Assembly: GCA_964016885.1 (NCBI GenBank)
Contig: OZ024744.1
Span: 97,898,001-97,962,000, forward strand
Direction: 5' to 3'
DNA: 64,000 bases
DNA from: Eledone cirrhosa
Taxonomy: Eukaryota
The position numbers and the translations under genes were made by a program. Below the pieces are notes generated by a model that was not told the origin of the DNA, did no database searches, and was given only the letters and a program-made list of their open reading frames with translations. Positions 12,228 through 23,991 of this stretch are shown here, piece by piece (the stretch's first letter is position 1; every line of letters begins with the position of its first letter).

Positions 12228-13904
12228 TTAATTAGGTTTATAATATTTAAATGTTTTTTTTAGTTTATGATTACACGATATAATTAATTCCTGTCGTTTA
12301 TTTAATAAGATATCCTTAGACTTCATTATTTCAAATAGTTCTTGGGAACATAATCTACATTCATTTCTATTATTTTGATAAGGGGTGGCTCTTTTAAGCA
12401 CACTCCAGGTCAAATCATATTTTATATTCTTATTTTTATAACTATTGATTTTTTCTGCTAGAGATGTTGTATTAGCCAGTGCGGCATTTTTAAAACTATG
12501 CTTGTGGGTATTAAACCTTGTCTTAAAATTGTTAGAGGTAGCTCCTATATATGAGCAAATAGAATCTTTAGTTTTAACATTACATTTATAGACTATGTTG
12601 TTAACAAGACAATTCCCTTTTAATGGGCAGTTTGCTTTGTTTCTACAGTTACATCCTTTCGTTAATTCTGTATTTGAGGAGATATTATGGTTAATTTGAT
12701 GTACTGGTGGTATACTTATGGTTTTCTTACATTTATATGCATTATATGCACTTATATTTTGTTTTATGTTATTTGTTGTAGAGTATGAGAATTTAACTGT
12801 AGACCTATTTAAGATTTGATGGTATTTGTGGTTTGGCGGGAAGTTTTTCTCAAGGATATAAAAAAATTTTTTAGCAATATTATCCTTAACTTGTAAATTA
12901 AAAGGAGCATTATACCAAGTAACCCGTCTATTACGGTTTCTATGTTGTTTATTATTTTTATTATTTTTATAGGTTGTATCGTGATTTTTACTAGGAGGAT
13001 TAATGTTAATGATCTCACCACAACTATTTTTAGTTATATTTGTAGATTTAGGTGTTTTATCTTTTTTATTAGGAGTTTTATTATTAATATTTATTATAGT
13101 TGTATGATGAGTAGTTTTTTGAGAGTTACTATACTTTATATTAGAAGATTTAGTATTTTGGGGTATAGTGTGGGTGGCATTTAGGTGTGTACTTTTCATT
13201 TGGTGTTTGTTGGTAATATTATGTTGTATGCTTTCAGTATTTTTAGTAGAAGGTATATACTCGAATCTATTTTTGTGGCCACTTCTATCTAGAGCTTCGT
13301 TATAGAAGGTCGCATTTTTATCAAATACATCTTGGTTAGAAGAAAGGTTAGAAATTCTAAGTGATATATTATATGCAAGGTTTTTAAGGATAGATTTAGG
13401 GTGATTAGATTGTGAGTGTATGTAATGTAAGTTTTGGTTAGGTTTATGGTAAGGTTGGTAGATACCCGTAGCTAAATCTAAAGTTATATCTAGGAAATTT
13501 ACTACTTTACTTGTTTTTTCAAAAGTAATATTAAGATTATAATAGTCTTTAAGGAAAGTTCTAATATGTTTTTTGTTTTTTTCGATTTCTGAAAGGCTAA
13601 GGTTGTTAGAAAGAAGAAGACAGTCATCACGATATAAACCACCTTTGAGGTGGGGAAAAGAGGCATTTATGTTGAAAAGGAGAAAGAGGCCCACAAGATC
13701 AGTAATTTGGGCGGAATCGCTTGAACCCATAGTAATATCAAAAAGATTACTGTATGTGTTTCTGGTCCAGTATTCATTCTGAAATTCAATAAGTGTTAGT
13801 CTAGCATGTGTAATAATGTTAATGTCATCCAAAGTTAAGTTAGATCTATTTTTAGCAAATATCAATGCTTTGTTCAGGAGTATAGGTGATATAGAAGAAT
13901 CCAA
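12228..13904 (-). CDS. Penelope-like RT plus GIY-YIG endonuclease, N-terminally truncated within RT motif A (the annotated start is a junction artefact)
   Basis: Uninterrupted 558-aa ORF with GSSDSAQITDLVG, LYRDD, VNFLDITL, CNCRNKANCPL, IVYKC...SYIGAT...FKTRFNTH and CRLC. Confidence 0.9.
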   Translation of the reverse strand: MDSSISPILLNKALIFAKNRSNLTLDDINIITHARLTLIEFQNEYWTRNTYSNLFDITMGSSDSAQITDLVGLFLLFNINASFPHLKGGLYRDDCLLLSNNLSLSEIEKNKKHIRTFLKDYYNLNITFEKTSKVVNFLDITLDLATGIYQPYHKPNQNLHYIHSQSNHPKSILKNLAYNISLRISNLSSNQDVFDKNATFYNEALDRSGHKNRFEYIPSTKNTESIQHNITNKHQMKSTHLNATHTIPQNTKSSNIKYSNSQKTTHHTTIININNKTPNKKDKTPKSTNITKNSCGEIININPPSKNHDTTYKNNKNNKQHRNRNRRVTWYNAPFNLQVKDNIAKKFFYILEKNFPPNHKYHQILNRSTVKFSYSTTNNIKQNISAYNAYKCKKTISIPPVHQINHNISSNTELTKGCNCRNKANCPLKGNCLVNNIVYKCNVKTKDSICSYIGATSNNFKTRFNTHKHSFKNAALANTTSLAEKINSYKNKNIKYDLTWSVLKRATPYQNNRNECRLCSQELFEIMKSKDILLNKRQELIISCNHKLKKTFKYYKPN

Positions 13905-14188
13905 TGACAGAGAAATAATTTTTAGTATTATAGACCTAATTAATATACATTTTAGAAATATATTTATTATTTGGTTTTAGTTTTAATCAACCTAAAAATT
14001 TTAATTTTAATTTGCTTAAAATTAGTATCCTTATACAGACGAATTGCAGAATGTCATGTAATCATAGAATGGGATGTGTTTTGGATGTATACCTAGTTAA
14101 TATATTCTATGCAATTTTTTGAAAAAGATATGTATATGTATATGTGTATGTGTATGTGTGTGTGTGTATGTGTATGTGTATGTATGTA

Positions 14189-14241
<53 letters not shown>

Positions 14242-15379
14242 ATATATATGTATATGTGTATGTGTATGTATATGTATATGTATGCGTATTAATTTTGATT
14301 TCTATTTGCATATAATTATATTATGCTATTGATGAAATACAGTATCTGCTTTATGTATTGTATACCTAATTAACATATACTATTGAAATAAATATATAAT
14401 TTTTAATTTAGTTAACATATAATTTATATTCTACTACCGATGTAATACTTTATTTTATTTTTATTTGTGTTTTTTTTCCCTATTACTAAATTCATTTCCT
14501 AATATTGATACCATAACGTTATTAACTTTAATTTAGTTATACTGTAATTAATAATCTACTACTGTTTGACTTCAAAATTCTGCTTCAAATATTATAAACC
14601 TAACTAATTTACACCTTAGAAATCAATATGTTGACTATCTTTGGTTTAGTTAACATATGATTAATGGTATACTTATTTATTTTGAGATGCATAGATTTTG
14701 CCTTAGTTCTTGTTTGTCGTATTTCCTAACACTGAAAATATGTAAGAACATACATTGGATAAAGATACGGAAAATTTTCTATGTTTCTTGAAACATATAT
14801 TTACTTTGATCCCCTTCTCCAAACCCCCCCTTTCCCCCATACTATTATCATCTGTATTTGTAAGCGTCTATGTATGAATATATATGTAGGTAGGTGTCTA
14901 TATAGGTTTGGGTATTTATATCTAAATATAAAAATACATATATGCGCATGCAAATATGAATGTAAGATTGCGTGTGTATATATGAGTGTGTATATGTATG
15001 TATATATGTGTATATATGCATTATATATGTATGTGTATGTGAATGTGTGTACGTATATGTGTATGTATGTGTATATATGTGTATATATGTGTATGCATGT
15101 ATATATAGGAATATATATATGTATATATATATGTATATGTATATGCGTGTGTATGTATGTGTGTGTATGTGTGTTGTATATATATGTATGTCTCTCTATT
15201 TATATGTTTATCTTCGTATCTATGTGATATATGTGTGTGTGTGTGCATGTATGCATATGTATGTGTTTATGTGTATTTTTGTGTGTGTGTGTGTATATAT
15301 GTGTGTGTGCGCACACACACATATATATATGTGAGTGTGTATATGTGTCTGTGTATATGTGTGTGTGTATATATATATA

Positions 15380-15431
<52 letters not shown>

Positions 15432-15533
15432 TGTCTATGTGTGAATATATGTCTTTATTCGTATGTGTGTATTTATGTATGTATATGTTTATATGTATGT
15501 ATGTATGTGTATGTATGTATGTATATATATGTA

Positions 15534-15564
<31 letters not shown>

Positions 15565-15691
15565 TATTCTTTATTATTATAATATAACTTATGTGTATGT
15601 GTGTATAAGTGAGGTTGTGTATGTGTATATAATATGTGTATATATAAGTGTAAAAAAATATATATATATATATGTGCATGTCTGTTTTTTA

Positions 15692-15723
<32 letters not shown>

Positions 15724-15791
15724 CGTGTGTATATATATATATATGTAGGTGTTTGTATGTGTATTTATGGTGGTATGAGTGTGTGGATATC

Positions 15792-15829
<38 letters not shown>

Positions 15830-15832
15830 AGT

Positions 15833-15878
<46 letters not shown>

Positions 15879-16294
15879 ATATATATATATATATATATGT
15901 GTATGTATGTGTGTATATATATATCTCTATTAATGCGTGTGTGTATGTATATACATATGCCTTTTTATTATTATTTTTATTTGTATGTCTGAGTTAGGTG
16001 AGGTTGTAGGGTTTTTTTATGTATATACGCATATATGGATGCGTATGTATTTGTATATATGAGTATAAGTAAGTGCATATATATGTATGATTATATATCT
16101 AATTCTATGTATGAATATACATGTATATATATATGTGTGTATGTAAGTTGTGTGTGTATGTATCTACATGTCTATGTGTGTGTATATATATATATGTATA
16201 TATATATATGTATATCGATGTGCGTATATGTATGTACATGTATGTACATGTATGTGTGTATGTATGTGTATATATATTTAGATGTATGTGTGTG

Positions 16295-16339
<45 letters not shown>

Positions 16340-17157
16340 ATATATATATAGGTATATATCTTTATTATTTATTTTTTATTTTTTATATATATGTGTATGT
16401 GTGTATGTGTTGCGTGTGTGTGTGTGTGTATATATATATCTTTATATATGTGTATGTGTATGTTCGTGTAAGTGTATGTGTGTGTATGACTGTATATGTA
16501 TGTGTGTATGTGTGTATGCGTAAATATTTCTATGTGTGCGTACATGTATGTATGTGTATATATCTGTATGTGTATGTATATTATATTATATTTATTATAT
16601 TTTATTGTTTTATTTTTTTATTTTTCTTAATTTATAGATACATTTATATTAGGCAGTCTGCTCAGACAGTTGAATACTGACCCCTCCCCCCCCCCCTCCC
16701 ACCTAATTTCTGTATCTTGATCTAGAAATGTGTGTGCCAGTGTTTTATGTGAGTGAATTAATATCCATGTGCTTATGATTTTATATCCACATATATAAAT
16801 GTGAGTGGGGGTGTGTGTGTGTTTGTATGTTCGTGGTTATGTGTATATTTATGCATATACGCGCGTGTATGTGTGATTGTACTGATATGTGTGAGTATGA
16901 AATAATATACTTGATTTCATAAGTATCAATGCGCATCTTATCTGCGCATTGTAAGCTTACAGAGACATTAACCTTGAAATTTTGTATTTGCATCCATCCT
17001 TTTAGTATGCGTATACAAATTATACATACATTTTTGTAAAATATGTGTAAGGGTTTTACATGTATATACACACACCGAACTGCATTTAACCCTTTGTGTT
17101 TTCATTGGTCAATTTTGAACTGAAATTTTGAATTGTTGTTATTATCAATAAATATAC

Positions 17158-17312
17158 TTCATTATTTCTGAAGACGGCGTATATATGTGTTTGGTATGTA
17201 TATTTAATCTTGATAATTTGTATAATTTTGTATAATTTTGTACATAGATCTGTTGAATATGCATACCAATTATAACACATATATATCCTAGAAACGATCG
17301 TTAAATAATGAA
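17158..17312 (+). ncRNA. Type I hammerhead ribozyme with extended stem II (right pLTR)
   Basis: CTGAAGA at 17168-17174, GAAAC at 17291-17295, GTT^ at 17300-17302; stem I ttcattattt/aaataatgaa. Confidence 0.75.
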
Positions 17313-17497
17313 CTTTTTTTGTTTAATATAAGGAATTGTTTATTCATTATTTGTTTAATATTTTATCTTGACTCTGTATACCGTTTATCTTTCACCGAAA
17401 GTGGTTTTTCATTACATCTCTTCTTTCCATGATATCCGGAATACATTGAGTTCTTCATACGGATTGGACACTACCGTAAACTCTTGGTAGATTTATC

Positions 17498-17541
<44 letters not shown>

Positions 17542-17582
17542 AAGTGTTAAAACGATCAAATTTTAGTTTAGAACATTTATTA

Positions 17583-17627
17583 GCTGACAATTGTTTCTTC
17601 CAGAGCGAAGTCTGGAATCATCGGAGC
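17583..17627 (-). ncRNA. Minimal HHR in a separate pLTR fragment (17540-17780) between (AT)n tracts
   Basis: gct-CCGATGA-ttccaga cttcgc tctggaa-GAAAC-AATT-GTC^-agc, a U4C core variant. Confidence 0.65.
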
Positions 17628-17776
17628 ATAAGGAATGTCGAAAACATGTAACTAGAATCCTAGTCATTTAGAACATTTAGAGTACATAGTTGTTATTAGT
17701 GTCAAAGGCATCATGTGGAGATTCAGGAGTTAAAAAGATGTTCCGCGCTTGAAATAACACAATTACAGGCATGTGT

Positions 17777-17827
<51 letters not shown>

Positions 17828-18055
17828 GACACAAATCAACATTCGATTTGCAGTATATAACGAAAATCAATTAGTTTATACAAATAAATTGTAGTTCATT
17901 TTTTTTTTTTTAATATAGATCGGTTTGCAGAAATAGTCATGATTATATAATTGGTTTCTGTACTAACCGGTTTCGCTATGAGTAGCTTTCCAACATTTTA
18001 TTTAAATTAGTGCTGGGTTTGAATTATATTTTACACGTATTGCTATGTGTCCTTT

Positions 18056-18164
<109 letters not shown>

Positions 18165-18306
18165 ATTTATGTATTTGTCCGTCACTCAGGGAGATGGCTA
18201 TAGTAATGACTATATAAAACAGCGACCAGCGTTCTAAGATTCGCTACACTTGTGTGTGCATATGTAGCGAATTGACTACACATATTAGCTATTATTATAG
18301 TGTGTT

Positions 18307-18511
18307 TGTTTCTAATTTTTAGGTACAAGGCCAGCAAATTATCCAGTGTATTACTGGTACTTTATTTTATCGACCCCGTAAGAAAGAAAGGCGAAGTCAA
18401 CCTCAAATCCCGCCGAGGTTGACTTTGCCTTTCATCCTTACGGGCTCGATAAAATAAAGTACCAGTAATACACTGGGTAATTGCTGGCCTTGTGCCTAAA
18501 AAGTAGAAACA
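18307..18511. mobile_element. Head-to-head SINE A 3' halves forming a hairpin
   Basis: A minus-strand 3' half is joined via aaatcccgcc to a plus-strand 3' half. Confidence 0.75.
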
Positions 18512-18946
18512 ATTATTGTGTGTTTGTGCGAATATATTTATACATGTGTTAGTGTATGTGTGTTTGTGTGTTTATATTTATATACTCATACATATGAATA
18601 TATACATATACACACCAAGATATTATGTTGGTTATCTATGTTAGTTGCAGATAGTTTATCCATAAAAAAAATGTTTCTAATAAAAGAATTATTAAACTAA
18701 AAACCTGGCTTTGCACCCTTTTATATATAAAATACTACAATTAGTGATTATGTTTGACGACAGGAGGCCATATATAAATACACTGACACACAGAGACAAC
18801 ACTGTAAACAATGCTTGCCTCATCATCTACCAACTACAGGTTACGTAACAACCCAGTTTTGATGCATATGGTGGGAAACCGAGTATATAGCTGTATAACT
18901 TATAAAGCTCTATCTACTAGTGAATAGGCAACGCTAGATACAAATA

Positions 18947-19418
18947 CAGGGAAATTCCGTTATAACGAAATTCACGAGGTATAAAAAATTCGTTGTAACG
19001 AAAAATTCTTTATAACGAGATCGACCGACACACAGCGAGCCGGGGTAGTAGCGTGCAGAGATGGCGGGGACGGTGCGTTGGTCCCGGGCATCCTTTGGAT
19101 GGGGACATCATTTGGGGAAAAGAACGTAATAAGTTTGATTGATTTATATTAAAATCGAATAAAGCGTTTATTTCATGTTTCATCTGTGTTTATATATTCA
19201 AAATATTTTCCTTTCTCATAATATTTCTCAGTATATTAGGCCTTATACTTGAGTCTTTGGGGCATTAGGCCTTATACTTGAGTCTTTGGGGCATAAAATC
19301 AAGATTTTCCCCCCGGGCATCACAAGAACTCTACATACCGCTGGGACAGGGATTGAAAAAATTTCGTTATACTGGAAAATTCGTTATAATGGTATTCGTT
19401 ATGACGGAATTTTACCTG
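18947..19418. mobile_element. Tigger/pogo-like MITE
   Basis: TA|CAGGGAAATTCCGTTATAACGAA ... TTCGTTATGACGGAATTTTACCTG|TA, with repeated internal CGTTATAAC motifs. Confidence 0.75.
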
Positions 19419-19539
19419 TATACAAAATACGAGTGTTATTCTACGAAATGGGACGATACGGTGTAAAGTAAAAAAAGGTACCTACCGAAATTATCAATAA
19501 CAAACAGGGCTTTTTTTCTTGGGACACTAAACTCTGCAC

Positions 19540-20210
19540 ATCAACATGAGATATTCTTCTCCACAAAGTTAAATCACCAACAGCAGAGTTCAAAGAGCAA
19601 AGGACCAGTCCATAAGTTGACATTATCAAGCCATCGTTTTGGCTGCCGGCCTCTGCTTTTATTACCAGCCAACCTTCCTTCCACGAATACATAATTGTTT
19701 CTACTTTAGGCACAAGGCCAGCAATTACCCCAGTACATTACTGGCACTTTATTTTATCGACCCCGTAACGATGAAAGTCAAAGTTAACCTCAGCGAGATT
19801 TGAACTCAGACCATAAAGGGCCGTAACTCTTTTCTGCATAGCATGGCGTCCGACTTTCTACCGATACTGCCAATCCACGAATATATAATACCTTTCAATC
19901 ACCAACAGTAGAGTTTAAAGAGCAAAGATCAACTCCAGTCCATAGGGTGACATTATCAAGCCATCGTTTTGGCTGCCAGCCTCTGCTTCTCTTACCAGCC
20001 AACCTTCCTTCCAGGCATAACCTACTCACACCACGAGTTGATCTTTTCATATGGCCGTATAGTTTGAGTACTCTTGACTTGACAATTGATGTAATTGGTC
20101 TAAGTCTGGTAATGTTGAGCAGCTCACTGATACAGATACGGTCGCTGAGCCGCTTGCCAGTCATAAGTCTCATGATGTGGTTCTGGAATGTAGAGCGCTT
20201 CTGAAGAGAC
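19540..20210 (-). mobile_element. RTE-like LINE 3' fragment with a partial duplicate (19540-19684), separated by a SINE A copy (19693-19878)
   Basis: Translation LKLYGHMKR...LEGRLAGKRSRGWQPKRWLDNV. The SINE is flanked by cacgaata(c/t)ataat. Confidence 0.7.
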
Positions 20211-20316
20211 TTTGTCGTCTAATTAACAGTCAAGACCATACAACACAACTAACCCACTGATACCTTAATTATTTAACAGTGTGAGTGTGTGTCCGTGAAA
20301 CATATACATACATATA

Positions 20317-20490
20317 CACCAGGTCGGAATACAAAGGAACTAAACTCTCTCTGTCACTGCCTCAGTCTCTCCTGCTCTCCTCTTCTCTCACTATTATAAG
20401 CAAATGGGGGACTGCCATGCGCTGACTGCCCTGCGACCACGACGGATAGAATAGAGGTGTTTTCCCGGAGGATGGTGAGGGAGACGCTAA
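20317..20490 (-). mobile_element. 3' end of a CRE-like non-LTR element (family 1)
   Basis: The reverse complement is homologous to 34830-35000 and 38150-38356. Confidence 0.55.
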
Positions 20491-20529
20491 TGTAAAATAA
20501 TAAGAGAATTGAAAAATTTCATATACATA

Positions 20530-20635
20530 TAACACCACTGGTAGGATGTAAGTATCAAAGATCTTAGCCTTAAAATGATAGGAAACTCGTTTCAATGTTA
20601 GAACTTCCTTGTTCTTGTTGAAAGCTGCCCAACCT
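20530..20635 (-). mobile_element. Short RTE-like RT C-terminal fragment
   Basis: GWAAFNKNKEVL...KAKIFDTYILPVVLY. Confidence 0.55.
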
Positions 20636-21102
20636 ACTGGAAAACAAAGCAAGATGGACAAAGTAAAAAAGATTATTTGGAATGTAAATACAAAGCAAGA
20701 AAATAACGAACATTTGTGCAGGGCTAAATATTTATGGCCTCAACAGTTCCACTTCCTTTCTCTGACCGACTGCCCTCATATTAGCATCACTGATATTTCT
20801 CACCTCATTTTATACTACTGCTCTGTGTTCGGTCACAAAAGTTCTATATACTTTCGTTTTTCAGCATTTACTCCGCCCTATACAAATGAACCTGTTGTGC
20901 TAACTTTACTACGTTTTAATGTGTTTGTAAGTGTATGTATTTATAAAACCTTGTTTTTTTTAAAAATCTGTGTGTCTCAGTTACAAAGAATACAAACGTT
21001 GTGCTTCAAATAATATATTTCTGTAGAAATACCATTATTCTTTTCCAAGAAATTGTCTGCTGACTGAATCATCTCTTTCGCGTCGTGTATATATCGCTTG
21101 TA

Positions 21103-21161
<59 letters not shown>

Positions 21162-21232
21162 GACAAAACCTATATATTTGCTAGTATAGGTATACATCTG
21201 TATATATATATATGTTGATAGATATACTAATT

Positions 21233-21295
<63 letters not shown>

Positions 21296-21998
21296 CATGT
21301 ATACGTACATACATATATGTATACAGACGCACAGTAGTATGTATATATATACATACATGCACACACACATATATATATATATATATCTGTACGTATGGAA
21401 TTACCGAACATTTATTATAATGCTCGGTTTGTTTGTAAACAAACATCCCGAATTAAGCCGTACAGTGTTTAGCAACCATCGTTGCCCTTTTTTTCAACAC
21501 TGACAAAGGAACCATGTACTAGTTTCAAGCTTATTAGCTATCGTCAACACTGTATACCTTCCTGCCAGATGATTGAACGTCTGAAAGTATATACTTTCCT
21601 TATGCATATTAACGGCTGAGTACCCTAATTTGCATATCGAGTGAGTTAATCGGCCGGGCGCAACGAAAACGATAAATGGAAAAAATGAAACGAAATTTCA
21701 TTTCTCACTCTTAGTACGGCTGTTATTTAAATATATGTATATACACGTACATACATATATGTATACAGACGCACAGTAGTATGTATATATATACATACAT
21801 GCACGCATATATATATGTACGTATGGATTTACCGAACATTTATTATAATGCTCAGTTTGTTTGTAAACAAATATCCCGAATTAAGCCGTACAGTGTCTAG
21901 CAACCATTATTGCTAAACACTTAAATATAAGCATCTGAAATGCTTATATTTAAGTAACAGCCGTACTAAGAGTGAGAAATGAAATTTCGTTTCATTTT

Positions 21999-22047
<49 letters not shown>

Positions 22048-22197
22048 TATATATATGGGTGTGGGGGGTGGTGCTTGTATGTATATATATATATATAGAG
22101 AGAGGGGGGAGTATATGTGTGTGTTTATGTGTGTGTGTATTTATATATATATATAATACAAGGACGATTTGTCAAGCCTTCATTACGTTTATTGATT

Positions 22198-22282
22198 GGT
22201 GACGCGCGTTTCGCTATTGATCAGTTCAAAGTTCGATCCGTATCGATCTGGTCCGACTCTGGAATCAAAAACTCGTCAGACC
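22198..22282 (-). ncRNA. Minimal type I HHR with a consensus core and enlarged loop II
   Basis: ggt-CTGACGA-gtttttgat...atcaatagc-GAAAC-GCGC-GTC^-acc, in a ~360-bp segment bounded by (AT)n and (CT)n(AT)n. Confidence 0.8.
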
Positions 22283-22309
22283 TTCTGCTGTTGTAATGAC
22301 AGAGAGAGA

Positions 22310-22340
<31 letters not shown>

Positions 22341-22519
22341 TGAGAGAGAGGGAGAGGGGGGGGGGAGAGATAAAGAGAGGGACGGAGAAAAGTAAAATCG
22401 CGACCGAAATCGCTTGGCGCAACGGTGGGGATTTACATATCTCTATACCCCCTCTGCAGCTCCCCATGCATTAAGTACTCCAATGATTAGTAGTCTCCCC
22501 GGTTTCAGCACCGCAGCAG

Positions 22520-22604
<85 letters not shown>

Positions 22605-22608
<4 letters not shown>

Positions 22609-23006
22609 ACCCCTTAGCCCTTGTCAAGGCAGAATTCTAGGAGAAGGAAAACTCTGATATAACACCTGCAACCCTGATGGTATCCAATGATGTTGACTTG
22701 TTCTTCTCTTTGGTAAATATCATCTTGGTTAAGAGAGTGGGACTGGCTTCGTGCAGTACCTTTGCTCACTATAAAAGCTTCACGGCACAGGCATTGCTTT
22801 ATATCTGGAGATCTCTCTGCACTTGTCGTCACATGGTACCATGGGCCCAGCATTATGTGTCAATAATTGTCACAAGTGTAGTGTTTGTACCAGAGTTTTC
22901 TAGTCGCTGGCTGGACTAAAAAGTCACACTCGTTCAGCGCATCGGTGGGGGTTCTCCTACATGGATATAAAGTAGTGGCCGTACTCGAAAACGAGTTGGC
23001 AGCCAC
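22605..23006 (+). mobile_element. Non-coding element resembling an RTE 5' region (copy 1)
   Basis: Contains CTAGGAGAAGGAAAACTCTGAT. A highly similar inverted copy lies at 26614-27202. Confidence 0.55.
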
Positions 23007-23634
23007 TATATATATATATATAATTTTCAAACCGAGTTTTCAAACCGAAGAATGTCCAGCAACTGAAGAGTGAATCCAAGAACTCCGCGGTAACAGAACA
23101 TAAGTTCAAGAGCGTGTGATCGAACGAAAAAGACGACTGACCCCAGCGTGTGTGAGTGAGAAAAAGACCGCTGCACATTCTTCGGTTTGTTGTTTTTTTC
23201 GCTGTTTTCTCTTTTCCCCTTTCCCCTTCTATTTTCCTTCTCTCCCCCCTCTGTTTTCCCAATAACTTAACCGGTTATTGAACGCCCTGCGGGTAGATAT
23301 ATTGTCTTTAAAGCGTTGAAATATCCGAGACCCCCAGGAGACACCTGACGAGGAAACCCCCACCCCCCACGTTCTTGTTTTCTTATTACTCTCATTCCAT
23401 GTTTAAGCCTATATATATATATATAGAAAAACCATAACCCTTTATCTCAATTCTACTTTTGAAAAGAAGCATAAGAAGAGTGAAACCGGTAAAGGAGACA
23501 AATAAATATTCTTACAAAGACTCCAGTTGCATTTTCGTTTTCATCTTTTTTCCTTACACTTTCACTCTTGTAGGACATCTCGTTTTTTTTTCATTTAAAA
23601 ACAAAACCTCATTTTCTTATATATATATATATGT

Positions 23635-23980
<346 letters not shown>

Positions 23981-23991
23981 TACTGTATATA

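Larger units (their letters stand above)
8493..17500 (-). mobile_element. Young 5'-truncated Penelope-like (Naiad-type) retroelement with ~3.5-kb inverted pseudo-LTRs, inserted in (AT)n
   Basis: Arms 8493-11994 and 13899-17366 are reverse complements that differ mainly in microsatellite length. The central ORF encodes RT and GIY-YIG, each arm carries an HHR, and (AT)n lies on both sides. Confidence 0.9.

Noticed and set aside
8579-17280. Numerous YI/CV/HT-repeat ORFs
   Set aside because: They are translations of dinucleotide microsatellites within the pLTR arms.
21566-21599. HHR-like cagatga...gaaag-tatata-ctt
   Set aside because: There is no CUGANGA ahead of the putative stem II and no stem I.
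23345-23360. ctgacga-ggaaac
   Set aside because: No stem II, stem III or cleavage triplet.
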